Below, in pieces: positions 12,111 through 24,456 of a stretch of DNA of 64,000 nucleotides (positions are counted from its first letter, which is position 1; every line of letters begins with the position of its first letter). The stretch spans positions 620,001 to 684,000 of the forward strand of contig OZ024741.1 of assembly GCA_964016885.1 (NCBI GenBank), given 5' to 3'. The position numbers and the translations under genes are program-made. The notes under the pieces were generated by a model that did no database searches, had not been told where the DNA came from, and saw nothing but the letters and a program-made list of their open reading frames with translations. This DNA is from Eledone cirrhosa (lineage: Eukaryota).

Positions 12111-12609
12111 TATATATATATACACACACAAACACATTTTGTATAATATCACCACACAACTCCCATAACACTTAGAACCCTCTAAATATCACCACACCAC
12201 TCCTATAACACACAGTACTCTCCAAAGTGCCTTGTATAGGCATTTAGTATATACCAACCTAATCATGTCTGAAACTGATAGTAGATAACAGCAAAGTAAG
12301 TAAACAGTAAAAACAAACAAATAAATAATATAACCCGGCTAAAAAGATGATAATTGACCTTGAAAGGTGAAAGTGGGCAGACAATATGAGAACATGAAAT
12401 GAAAAATGAGAAAATACTACAAAATAAATACAAATAATATAGATGAAAGTAGTGTGTGAAAATGGGGAGCTTCATGTGTAATCATACTAATAACACAATA
12501 GACAATACATACATATATACACACGAGGGGAAGTTGCATCCATTGCAGATAATATTGCAAGATTTACAACAAGCATAAACAACAAGATTGAATACAGTAC
12601 AATGATATA

Positions 12610-12790
12610 TATAGGAAAAGGGTCAGGACCCTGACAGCAGGATCCGAACAGTTCAGAACTAGCTGTCAAAACGGCTGGTGCTCAGCCATTGGCGTCCCGA
12701 CTCTTTGCCTATTACCCACTCTACTACTCTATATATTGAGTACTCTGGTGCATTATGGTCCACCTGGTTTCTTACCACACTATCTTTGTT
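12610..12790 (+). repeat. Fold-back interspersed repeat; inverted copy 14802-14962, degenerate copy 41228-41345
   Basis: 12645-12790 is the reverse complement of about 14802-14950; internal nested hairpins. Confidence 0.7.
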
Positions 12791-12794
12791 CACA

Positions 12795-13112
12795 TGGCTT
12801 AGTGGTTAGAGCATTGGCCTTGCAATCAAAAGGTTGTGAGTTCAATTCTCAGACCGGGTGATGTGTTGTTTCCTTGAGCAAGACACTTTATTTCCCATTT
12901 TTCCAGTTTACTCAGCTGTAGAAATGAGATGATAGGACTGGGTTTCCTATCATTCCAATGCAAAGTGGTCGTGGAGGTGCCACGGCAAAAAAGCACTGTA
13001 AATGAGGTTGGTGTTAGGAAGGGCATCCAGCTGTAGAAAACAAGCCAGAATCGGTTCCCATCCCACCCTTGCAAGCAGGGAAAAGCGGACATAAAATAAT
13101 GAAGATGATGAT
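12795..13112 (+). mobile_element. tRNA-derived SINE with RTE-type tail
   Basis: A box TGGCTTAGTGG, B box GAGTTCAATTC, central gtgttgtttccttgagcaagacacttt, then the same 3'UTR as 380-650; related head at 46470-46580. Confidence 0.8.
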
Positions 13113-13149
13113 ATATATACTCTTTTACCTGTTCCAGCCATCCATCTGA

Positions 13150-14770
13150 GGCCATTCTGCTACATATTCTGTCTCCAGCCTGTGTTGGCTGGTCATTGGT
13201 GCAAGAGGGAGTTTGTTGTTGCTGCCCTTAGGTTACATTCGTACCGTGCTGTGGGCTCATCCGGGACCCTGGATAGCAGGGTGTCGAGATGTTTCTTGAA
13301 AACATCCGCATCCACACCATGAAGATCTCTCAAATCCCTTGGCAGCTTGTTGAATGCCTTTGAACTCCAGGCTATTGCAATATCTGCTCCTTATTCTAGA
13401 TGTGGAAGACGAGACTTTTGGCACCACACAGTGATGTCCTGTTCGGGGGTTGGTCCAGCTCCCAATGCCAAAGTTTGGGGCTAGTCCTTCCAGTATTTTC
13501 CATATATATATATATATATATATATGCATATCTCTCCCGTTTTCATTCCAAGGAGTAGAGGTTCAGTTCTTTTAGCCTCACTCAGTAGCTTGTCTCCTTC
13601 ATCGTCGCAATCCTCTTGGTGTAGCTTCGTTGGATTGCTTCAAGCTCCGTGGTTAGTTTGATACACTGGGGTGACCACAGCTTGTAGCAGTAGTCCAGGC
13701 AGCTTAGGACAAATGTCCTCCATAGTATCAACTTGGTCTCTTGTCCGAAAGTCCTCAAGATCCAGCCAGCGAGTCATTTGCACATTGTCGCCACACTCAT
13801 GATGTGTGAGGAAAAAGATGCATCATCGCTCTTGTCTATTCCCAGGTCTTATATTGATTTCGATCCCTCCTGGTGTGGTGTAGCTGTGTGGTTCCAGGTT
13901 GGTATTGTAGGGTTTGAAATTTTCCAGCATTAAACTGCATGTTGTTGTCTTCAGCCCATTTGTATATGGCATCCAGATCTTATTGTAAAAGGGCAGCATC
14001 AGCTGGGTTTTTGATTGCCTGTACTATACATATATATATGTATAGCACAGGCACCATACTTGTTATTGATGTTTCCTTTGAGAGGGCACCATTGACTGCA
14101 ACTGTCTGGCTTTTGTCTTTTAAGAAATCATGCAGCCACTCACCCACTTTTCCAGTTATGGGAGTCTGTGTAGTTTGTGAAATATTATTCCGTGGTCGAC
14201 CTTGTCACAGGCCTTCGCAAAGTCAAAATATATCATGTCCACATGTGAGCTGTCCAGCAGTTGTTTCAGTACCCAGTGATAGTGTTGTAACTGCTGTGTA
14301 AGGCAGCTTATTCCTGAGCGAAAGCCATGCTGCCTACTAGTTAGGCAGTCATTTTCATCAAGGAACGTGATCAGTTTCTTTCTGGTGATTCGTTCCATGA
14401 CCTTACTGATAAGTGACATCAGGTAGACTGGCCTGTAGTTTTTGGCCTCCACTCTACTTTCTCCTTTATGGATAGGGCATATTGTGCCTTCTTTTAGTTC
14501 TCTGGGTAGTTTACCGTTCGCCAAAGAACTTCTGAAGAGGATCTTCAGTGGTCCCGCTAAGGCATGTTTACATGTTTTTAGGTGGACAGCTGGGAATCCA
14601 TCAGGTCCAGCAGCTGAGTTTGTTCTAATTTCATTTATGGCAGATATCACATCTTCCTCCGTTATGTCTATGTGGTTGATGGTCACCATTTCTTCATGGA
14701 GTGTTGTGGCATCAAAGAAATCCTCTGGCTTTGTTATTTGCATGTGCCTCAATGGGGGTGGGAACACAGC
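13150..14770 (-). mobile_element. Degraded CR1/L2-group LINE ORF2
   Basis: SAAGPDGFPA, KNYRPVYL, RQHGFRSG, YFDFAKACDKVDHG (ORF 14156-14806); C-terminal YIWKILEGLAPN; interrupted by short (TA)n. Confidence 0.85.
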
Positions 14771-15330
14771 TATATATATATAGGTATATAAATATATATA
14801 TAACAAAGAAAGTGTGGTAAGAAACCAGGTGGACCATAATGCACCAGAGTACTCGATGCTTAATTAGTAGAATGGGTAATAGGAAAAGAGTCAGGACCCC
14901 GACGGCTGAGCTCCGGCCGTTTCGACAGCTAGGTCTAAATGTTCGGATCTAGCTGTCGAAACAGAACACACACACAGCAGGTTAACAATAAACACACACA
15001 AGGTTAACAAAGGGAAATACACATACACATACACATCCATCAACACACACACATACACCCATCAACACACACACATTGATTCTGTTATGAAATGAAGAAA
15101 GTAAGATTCTGTCTGAAGTGAGTCATATTAACCCAAATTTCTATTGTCATTTGAATAACATAAAAATGGTTTTGAAAGGACACTGATCATGTTTATATGT
15201 TATTTACACACATATTATATATATGAAATATTTCTATTACATATATATGTGCATGTGTATATATACACACACACATATATATATATATTTGTTTTGCAAG
15301 GCTTTTGATATGAAATTGTGCGTCGAAACA

Positions 15331-15654
15331 AATATTGTTATACTTGGGGAGGGTCATATTGTTATAATATTGCCAGAAATAACAACAGAACACACTCACT
15401 GTTTGGTTTGGGTTGGTTTTCGCTTCTGTATCTTTTATATCTCCATAGTTAATTTATCTTTGATAGACAATATATATTTATATCTGTATTTTTAACCGTT
15501 GGTCAATCAATGGTAAACATTGATTGCCAGATAAATTAACTATGGAGATATAAAAGATACAGATGCAAAAACCAACCCAAACCAAACTGAGTGTGTTCTG
15601 TTGTTATTTCTGGCAATATTATAACAATATGACCCTCCCCAAGTATAACAATAT
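15331..15654. repeat. Inverted repeat, ~125-bp arms (15331-15459 / 15529-15654)
   Basis: aatattgttatacttggggagggtc...aatttatct mirrored by agataaatt...gaccctccccaagtataacaatat. Confidence 0.9.
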
Positions 15655-15759
15655 ATGTATATATAAACGCGTACCCACATATATGTATATATTCTTTTCA
15701 TTTTTCACAGGTTTCTATTATAGCCCAAGATATATTTCAGATTGGTATATTTGTTCCTC

Positions 15760-15765
15760 TTTATT
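15760..15765 (-). promoter_or_regulatory. Candidate polyadenylation signal of the transporter gene
   Basis: AATAAA on minus strand ~310 nt past the stop codon. Confidence 0.35.
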
Positions 15766-16072
15766 AAAGCAATATGTTAAATAGCACTAAACATTCTAAT
15801 ATGACCACAGCACCAGTACTGAAGCCAGTGCAAGTTATAACACAGACACATATGGAAGGGTTCTAGGATTTTTATGTTCCAAGTTCAGATCCCAATCCCA
15901 TCAAAGCGAACTGTACCTTTCTTGCTTCTAAAGTCGATAAAACGAAATGCCAGTCAAGTACTGGGGTCATCATGATCAACAATATATATATATACTTTCC
16001 CCAAATATCTGGACGTGTGTTAATGATGCAAACCTTGATAATACCATAATGAAAAGTTATCCATGATTTTGT

Positions 16073-16227
16073 CTAAAATATTTGCAGGACAGAATTGAAG
16101 CCAAGACTTTTGAAGTTGTTTACGTCGCGGGGACTGACCTTTGGTGGTAAAGTGTAGAAGAAGAGAGCAACTATAATTGCCAGGAACACAGTAAACTCCA
16201 GACGGGTACAACGGTCATTGGGGGCAA
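16073..16227 (-). CDS. Last coding exon of DMT/SLC35-like transporter
   Basis: Acceptor tttctctctatttacAG; phase 1 matches upstream donor (ACT G|TT); VAPNDRCTRLEFTVFLAIIVALFFYTLPPKVSPRDVNNFKSLGFNSVLQIF* includes one TM helix. Confidence 0.75.
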
Positions 16228-16257
16228 CTGTAAATAGAGAGAAATATTTAGTATATT

Positions 16258-17665
16258 CAGTGATGGTATTGTGGTATGGGAGAAACAATGGTGGTATGGT
16301 GGTAACAGTGGTGGTGGTATGGTGGTAACAGTAGTGGTATGGGGGTAACAGTGGTGGTATGGTGGTAACAGTGGTGGTATGGGAGTAACAGTGGTGGTAA
16401 AAGTAGTGGTATGGTGGTATGGGAGTAACAGTGGTAGTATGGCGGTAAAAGTAGTGGTATGGTGGTAACAGTGGTGGTATGGTGGTAACAGTAGTGGTAT
16501 GGTGGTATGGGAGTAACAGTGGTGGTAAAAGTAGTGGTATGGTGGTAATAGAGGCGGTATGGTGGTATGGCAGTAACAGTGGTGGTATGGTGGTAACAGT
16601 AGTGGTATGGTGCTGTAGTGGTATGGCAGTAACAGTGGTGGTATGGTGGTAACAGTGGTGGTATCGTGGTAACAGTAGTGGTGTGGTGGTAACAGTGGTG
16701 GTATGGTGGTAACAATAGTGGTAGTATGGTGGTATCGTGGTAACAGTGGTGGTATGGTGATAGCAGTGGTGGTTTGGTGTTAACAGTGGTGGTATGGTGG
16801 TAACAGTAGTGGTACAGTAGTAGTATGGTGGTAACAGTGATGGTATAGTGGTAACAGTGGTGGTAGCAGTGGCGGTGTGGCGGTAACAGTAGTGGTATGG
16901 TGGTAACAGTGGTAGTATGCTGGTAACAGTGGTGGTATGGTGGTATGGTAGTAACAGTGGTAGTATGGTGGTAACAGTGGTAGTATGGTGGTAACAGTGG
17001 TGGTATGGTGGTAACAGTGGTGGTATGGTGGTAACAGTGGTGGCATGGTGGTAACAGTAGTGGTGTGGTGGTATTGTGTTAACATTGGTGGTATGGTGTT
17101 AACAGTGGTGGTATGGTGGTAACAGTAGTAGTATGGTGGTAACAGTGATGGTATAGTGGTAACAGTGGTGGTAGCAGTGGTGGTATTGTGGTAACAGTGG
17201 TAGTATGGTGGTATGGTGGTAACAGTAGTGATATGGTGGTAACAGTGGTGGTATGGTGGTAACAGTAGTGGTATGGTGGTAACAGTGGTGGTATGGTGTT
17301 AACAGTAGTGGTACAGTAGTAGTATGGTAGTAACATTGGTGGTATGGTGGTAACAGTGGTTGTATGGGAGTAACAGTGGTGGTATGGTGCTAACAGTGGT
17401 GGTATGGTGGTAAGAGTGATGATATGGTGGTAAGTGGTGGTATGGTGGTAAGAGTGATGATATTTGTGTTAACAGTGGTGGTATGGTGGTAACAGTGGTG
17501 TTATGGTGGTACAGTGGTGGTATGGTGGTAACAGTAGTGGTACGGTGGTATGGTGGTAACAGTAGTGGTATGGTGGTAATAGTGCTGATGTGGTGGTAAC
17601 AGTAGTGGTATGTTGGTATGATGGTAACAGTGGTGGTAACAGTGGTATGGTGGTATCGGGAGTGG
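16258..17665. repeat. G-rich ~20-bp minisatellite (atggtggtaacagtggtggt)n
   Basis: Directly visible; explains the H/T/P-rich minus-strand ORFs. Confidence 0.95.
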
Positions 17666-17717
17666 TTTTGTTACAATACAGAGAATTTTTAATCAGTTGA
17701 GTGTCACTGAAATAGTT

Positions 17718-18040
17718 TTATAGCACACACACACTATAGCACACACACACATATACTATAGCACACACACACATATACACTATAACACACACACACTATA
17801 GCACATACACACTATAGCACACACACACATACACATAGACACTATAGCACACACACACACACACACACTATAGTATATACAAAACATAGCACACACACAC
17901 ACACTCATACATACACACTCTCACACACTATAGCACACACTTTCACACACATACACACTCTCATACACACACAGTCATACACTCACACATTCACACGCTC
18001 TCTCTCTCACACACACACACAGTCACACACACATATACAC
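17718..18040. repeat. (CA)n-rich compound repeat with ctatagca interruptions
   Basis: Directly visible. Confidence 0.9.
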
Positions 18041-18084
18041 TTGTACTCTCCTGACGAAGGGCTAAAATTTAATACATTGAACTC

Positions 18085-18975
18085 TTCTCTCTTTCATCTC
18101 AGAGCAAACTTTGCCACTTATAGAATTTACCAGGGTGGCTTAACAATGAGGTCGCTCTCTAGTTGGAACAATCTCTTTTGTCTCCCTTTTTAAAAATTGC
18201 GATTATCACTCCTTATTGCCATTACTTAGGAGGCTTTCCAGAGATCCAGGCCACCCAGCACACACAAGTCAGCCAGAGAATACCTTCTATATTGAAGGCT
18301 TATAACATCTCAGGCCGTATTTCATCTTCCCCAGTGATCTTGCCACATTTGAGCTCTTTAACTGCTCTTGTAACCTCAGCCCACGAGAGATAAGTCATCA
18401 CTCTTAGATGCACCTTGTGTATATCACAAGATACTGTTTTAATCAGGGTTAGAAGATCAACAAATAACATTAATTGTTCTTCTATTTCTGTTTGTCATAT
18501 ATATATATAACATCTTCTTCGCCCACTTTCCCCTGAGAGGGTCGTGGGGGCTGTGTCCTCAAACACTCCTTCCAGTGGGTCCTGTCAGAAATAACTGTCT
18601 CCAACTGATCCAGCTGGATCCACAAACGAGACCAGCCAAGCTCATGGATGTTATCCAACTATCTTGCTCGCGATCTACCCCTGGGTCTCCTGCCAGTTGA
18701 TTTTGTTCGTAAAATCTGTTCAGCGATTCTTTCATGGGACATTCTAACCACATGTCCATAGCATCAGTGCTATGATCTCTCAATTCGGAGAAGTAGCAGC
18801 TCTACCTGGAGTGACTCTATGATCTCTCAGCTACGCACTCTATCAAGTAACGTTAATCCACAGACTCTTCGGATGAACCCCATTTCAGCCACTTGTATTT
18901 GCGATCATATTCTTTCAGTCATTATCCAGAGGTAAGGGTTGGCACAAATATTGAACTGAAGATAGTAGGTTTGGC
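18085..18975 (-). mobile_element. Two degraded RTE fragments (pre-RT region 18085-18470; 3' end 18510-18975)
   Basis: Similar to 43750-44095 and 41350-41720 respectively. Confidence 0.7.
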
Positions 18976-18989
18976 TGTTACACCTACCT

Positions 18990-20470
18990 CCCTTCTCTGA
19001 TTACTGAATGCTGAAGCTAGTTCATTACTGCTACAACAACAAAATAAACTATGGTTACAAAATAGACAACAAAACAATAAATCACTTGTTTTATATGGAT
19101 GACTTGAAGCTGTATGCCAAAAATGACAACGAATTGGAAGTACTGTGAAGACAGTCAAGGTGTTCAGTGATGATGTGGGGATGGAGTTTGGATTGGACAA
19201 ATGTGCCAAAGCAACATTCAAGAAAAGCAGAATGACAAGCACAAACTCAATGGAAATATGTGAATACAGTAATTAGGGAACTAGAACAAGAACAAGCCTA
19301 CATATATCTAGGGATCAATGAAAACCAAGGGATTCACCATGCCAGCATGAAAGAGAGAATCAGGAAGGATTGCTACCAGAGTACACGCTGTCATGAAAAC
19401 AGAGCTTAATTCAAGAAACAAATTATCTGCCATAAATGCAATCCTTGTTGTCACCTACAGTTTCAATATTATAAAGTACCAGTAATACACTGGGTAATTG
19501 CTGGCCTTGTGCCAAAAGTAGAAACAATATTATAAATTGAAATGATAACGAAATTAAGAGAATGGACACCAAAATCAGGAAACTTTTGACCTGTAATAGA
19601 ATATATCACCCAAAAGCAGATGTCGATTGCCTCCATCTCCCTAGACAAAACAGAGGTAGAGGGATGATCCAGCTTGAGCTGTCATGCAAAATATCAACCA
19701 TTGGACTCGAACAATACCTTGGATTATGAAAATAGTTGCAGATCATAAAAGGAAGAAGAATCTACATTAAATCATGAAGGATAGCCAGGAATTTGTGGAA
19801 GAATTGGGAATACAATTTGAAATTGATGGCAAAATGACTGCAAAATATTAGCTCCCTAGGAGTATAAGACTAGTCATGATAGAGGAGAGCAATCATTACA
19901 GGAGATATGCAAGTTTTATGGTTAAAAACAGAGGGCAAATGGTACAAGCCTCACTCAGATGCAAGTAACAGGAAGCAAGAATGTGACAATCCTATGGGAT
20001 TTTTTTGTGAACTCCAACTGAACAATTAAGGCCAATAGACCCTATATAATTGTGAAGGATAAAAAGAAAAAATGTTTCTTAATTAACATGAGCATTCCAT
20101 CAGATGATAATATCTCCTGGAAAGAATCCCGAAAGCTCTGTAACTATAAAGATCTGACAATAGAAATTGAGAAAATGTGGCATTTTAAAAGATGTACAAT
20201 ATTAGTGGTAGTCGGTGCACTTGGAATGGTAAAAGATATCTAGACCAGATACTTGGAAAGCCCTCTTTGCAAAGGATATAGAAAATAGTACTGACTGGCA
20301 CTGTCCATGTACCTTGCAAAGACATTTGCTATTTTGTTCATGCACTTATAGTATCATTTATGTAGCAATTGAGTGTAAATTGTATCACCCAATTTTGCCT
20401 TAGATATCAGGTTGACACTTGGAGAAGTTTAGGGAAAAGCAGAATTCAAAGAAGTTCCTCATAATAATAA
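18990..20470 (+). mobile_element. Degraded R4/Dong-type RLE LINE
   Basis: HLFYMDDLKLYAK, GMEFGLDKCAK, ANRPYIIVKD, NYKDLTIEIEKMW, VVVGALG; ends in (TAA)n. Confidence 0.8.
19476..19524 (+). mobile_element. 5'-truncated SINE 3' end inserted into the LINE, with 12-bp TSD
   Basis: caatattataaa duplicated at 19464-19475 and 19525-19536; insert is the reverse complement of about 20471-20525. Confidence 0.75.
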
Positions 20471-20650
20471 TTGTTTCTATTTTTTGGCACAAGGCCAGCA
20501 ATTATCCCAGTACATTACTGGTGCTTTATTTTATCGGCCCCGTAAGGATGAAAGGCAAAATTAACTTTGGCAGGATTTGAACTCGAACAGTAAAGGGGCG
20601 TAGCTCTATGCTGCAAAATATGGCATCCGACCCTCTAGTGATACTGCCAA
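20470..20650 (-). mobile_element. tRNA-derived SINE (MetaSINE-like central domain); other copies 23058-23245, 33215-33360, 44432-44540, 44716-44883, 44901-45095, 45880-45975 (minus), 45661-45875 and 15860-15990 (plus)
   Basis: A box tggcagtatc, B box gagttcaaatcc, core gcctttcatccttacgggg(t/c)cgataaaataaag, (ATT)n tail; superfamily assignment from memory. Confidence 0.8.
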
Positions 20651-20659
20651 TAATAATAT

Positions 20660-20843
20660 TATGTAGCCTGTCCCTTTGACACAAGAGTGTAAGAAAAGGA
20701 GAAAGTGAAAATTAACCGATAGCAGGATTTATAGTGGGAGATAAAAAGGATATGGGACTGTTATGACATCAAGGTCATCCCTATTGTTACAGGAGTACTA
20801 GGTACTATCTCAAAGAGTTTTCAAGGATGGTTAAAGAACATTA
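20660..20843 (+). mobile_element. R4/Dong RLE-domain fragment, resuming at 22545-22680 after the CR1
   Basis: Aligns with 29355-29534; continuation KACLLGTARTLQNVLNI* then (TAA)n. Confidence 0.7.
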
Positions 20844-22545
20844 GTCCAGCCCCCTTTTTTGGAACACTTCAAAATAACATCAAATTCCATAACAACTATG
20901 GAATTTACACCTGCAATGTTGCGACGTCACCTTAAGAATAAGTGCAACTATGCCTCCCTGGGTCTTGATGGTGTTACATACCTGCTTCTCAAACGTGGCG
21001 GGTACTTCCTTTTGCACCAGGTTTCTTTCTTCTTTCAATACTGTCTCAACAATGGTGCTACTCCGGAGCAGTGGAAAACTGCAAGTGTCATTCCCCTGTT
21101 CAAAAAGGGCGACCGCATGTCACCTGTCAACTATCGTCCAGTCAGTCTTACTAGCTGTATTGCCAAACTGATGGAATCCTGTGTCAGAGAAACACTTTGG
21201 AACTTCTGGAGCTCTCACAGCCTCATCCGGCCCTCGCAGTTTGGATTTATCCTAACTCCAGCTGCTGTGATCAGCTTATCGAGTTCCTTGAAGACATTAC
21301 CCGGATCACCGACAGCGGCTCATGGGTGGATGTTGTTTACCTTGACTTTGGTAAGGCTTTTAATTCTGTGCCACACAAAAGACTTATGGCAAAACTCTCT
21401 GCAATGGGTGTGAGGGACGATCTTTTTAACTGGTTGAAATCCTTCATTCTCAGCCGAAAAGAGGTAGTCACAGTTCTAGGACAGCATTCTTCACCATATG
21501 AGATGTCATCTGGTGTACCACAGGGATCTGTTCTTGGTCCCCTTTTGTTTGTGGCATATATTAATGATATAGATGCCAACTTAAAGAATGCCACGGTACT
21601 GAAATATGCAGATGACATCAAGCTGTACCTTGAAATCAAAAGGACTGATCCTGAAATCTACAACTCTTTCCTACAATCAGACCTGGACACAATGCAGCAA
21701 TGGATCACAGACTGGCAACTGAAGCTGGCTGGTGGACAAGTGTACCACCATGCATTTTGGAAGGAAAAATCCAGCGTCCAAATACTCCCTCCACAACACT
21801 GATATCAAGAAGTCCTCTTGTGAACCTGGGCATTACTGTCAGCAGCGATTTGCATTGGACAAAGCATGTCTCTAAGATTGTCAAGAAGGCCAAGGGTGTC
21901 TTGGCATCACTCAGCAACACCTTTGTTAGCCGCTCTCCAGCCATCTATTTAAAGCTGTATACAGCTATGGTACGACCACACTTGGAATTCGCATCATCAG
22001 TCTGGAACCCCTATCTTGCTCAGAACATTGACCTCCTGGAAACTGTTCAGACACCTACCATACTCTGAATGCCTTGCTTCCCTGGGCATGGATTCATTGA
22101 AGCTCCAACGTCTGGCAATGGACTTGGTAAACACCCACAAAGTTATTAACCGTGTCACCAACAACAACCCTGAGCACCTTTTTGATCTCCATGTGTCTAA
22201 CACACGTGGACATGCCTACAAAACCAGAAAACAGCACAGCTCCCATGACTTTCGTAAACATTTTTTCACGCTCAGAGTTGCTGAAGCATGGAACAAACTG
22301 CCTGCGTCAGTTGTTAGCTGCCGAGACACTGCATCCTTTAAAACATTCATGCTACCCGAAATATGCCAAAACTACACCTGATGTACCCCTTCCATACACA
22401 TGCACACGTGTATATCATGACTCATGCACTGTTCATTTTCCTGATGTTTGTACATTACCCTATGTACTATACATACACTTTTTGATGAGTTGTAGTGCAC
22501 CTGAGCACTGTACACAATATTTCATTATTATTATTATTATTATTA
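20844..22545 (+). mobile_element. CR1-clade LINE, 5'-truncated, frameshifted, (ATT)n tail; 3' fragment also at 45430-45650
   Basis: NYRPVSLTS, VYLDFGKAFNSVPH, SGVPQGSVLGPLLF, KYADD, VRPHLEFASSVWNP, FFTLRVAEAWNKLP. Confidence 0.92.
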
Positions 22546-24456
22546 AAAGGCATGCTTGCTGGGAACAGCAAGAACCCTCCAAAATGTTCTGAATATCTGA
22601 GGCTGCAGGTAGTGGCTTGATGTTCATTTGAACAAACTTTCCAGTTAAATAACATCAATGACTGAGACTCCAATAATAATAATAATTATCATTATTTCTT
22701 AGGGATCACACCAAGAAAATATTAAGGATGGTACAGATGATAGAATGTGGGATGGTACAGGATGATAGAGAGTGGGATTTTGTGTGTAAAAAATCATTAT
22801 GAAAACAGTGAAACTTTGGTTCACTCATGGAAAAACTGACAAAAAGCTAGTCCCCCTGACTGCTAGAGCAAGTTCGCCTCCGATTTGTTCTCTAATCCAC
22901 AGGTGTATGCTCAGAGCTGGACCATTCACTTGACCCATGCTTGCTACTCTTATCTGCCTTTCAACAAACTTGCTGGAAGGTAGCACTTCCTTCTATAAGT
23001 GATTTTCCTCTATAAGTGAAACCTGACAAACTTAATCAATAATAATAATAATAATAATTGTTTCTACTTTTGGCACAAGGCCAGCAATTACTCAGTACAT
23101 TACTGGTACTTTATTTTATCGACCCCATAAGGATGAAAGGCAAAGTTAACCTCGGCGGGATTTGAACTCAGAATGGCAAGGGCCGTAACTCTTTGCTTCA
23201 AAGCATGATTTCCAACCCTCTACCGATACTGCCAATGCACCTCCCTAATAATAATACTAATAATCAGGGTGACTCTTTATCACCACTTTTATTTTGCATC
23301 GCACTTATACCATTAAGTAAAATGCTCAATGAAACAAAACATGGATATAAAGCTGCTGAAAAGTTCAGACATTTACCTTGATCGGGGGAATGTGATAGGA
23401 GAACTTGATCAAGAAGAAACTTATAAATATCTAGGTGTTTGTGAAGGAGACAGAATCAAGCACTCGACAATGAGGGAATGTTACCACAGAGTAAGAGCAG
23501 TTCTAAGATCGGAGTTGAATGCAAGGAATAGGATCGATGTCATAAACACATTTGCCATACCAGTAATAACTTACAGTTTCAATGTCATCAACTGGTCAAG
23601 TACAGAGATTTGTAAACTCGATACAAAAATCAGAAAACACTTCACCATGCACAGAATGCATCACCCTAAGGCAGATACAGGTAGAATATATCTCCCTAGG
23701 AAAGAAGGAGAACGTGGATTAATCCAGTTAGGTAATGCTTTGAAAACTGCAACAATTGGATTATCTACATATTTAAGAGAATCACATGATTGAAACATGT
23801 AAGCAACAAAAGATCATACTCCATTACGAAAGGTGCACATAGATACAATAATGAATTACAAATTTAAGAAGTTCCCTTAACTGCTGAAATGAAAAACACA
23901 GAAAAAGCAAAGAAAGAACTATTAAAGAAACTGGCTAAGAAATGGCAAGAAAAGCCTCTGTATGGAAAATACCCAGAAAGAGCTAACAATTCTGATTTTG
24001 ACAAAACTTTAACCCATCAGTGGTTGGCAGAAATCGGAGACTGAAGGACTGATTATATCAGCACAACATCAGTGTCTGCCAACAAAAAATTATCAAGCCA
24101 ACATCATAAAAAATGGATGCAACCCATTATGCCGAGTATGTAAAAAAACAACCAGAGAGCATTGATCATATTTCAATGTGCAATCCTATAACTCCAACTG
24201 AATACCTTAACAGGCACGACAGAATTACACAATACATACATTGGGTAATGTGTAAACATTTTGACCTGCCCCGTCAAAAGAATTGGTGGGAGCATCAACC
24301 ACCTCCCGTACTTGAAAAATATCACATCTCAATCTTGTGAAACTTTAGCATCCAAACAGACTGAAAAATAGATGCAAATAGAGCTGATATAATACTGAAG
24401 GACTTTAAAAATATTGTATGCCTGCTAATTGATATGTCCGTTCCAATAGACAAGAA

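Noticed and set aside
12795-12870. tRNA gene
   Set aside because: A/B boxes are present but there is no convincing cloverleaf, and it runs into a SINE body.
16257-17336. His/Pro/Thr-rich protein ORFs
   Set aside because: Products of a 20-bp minisatellite that cycles through reading frames.
18048-18065. Hammerhead core CTGACGA
   Set aside because: No downstream stem II/GAAA/stem III found.
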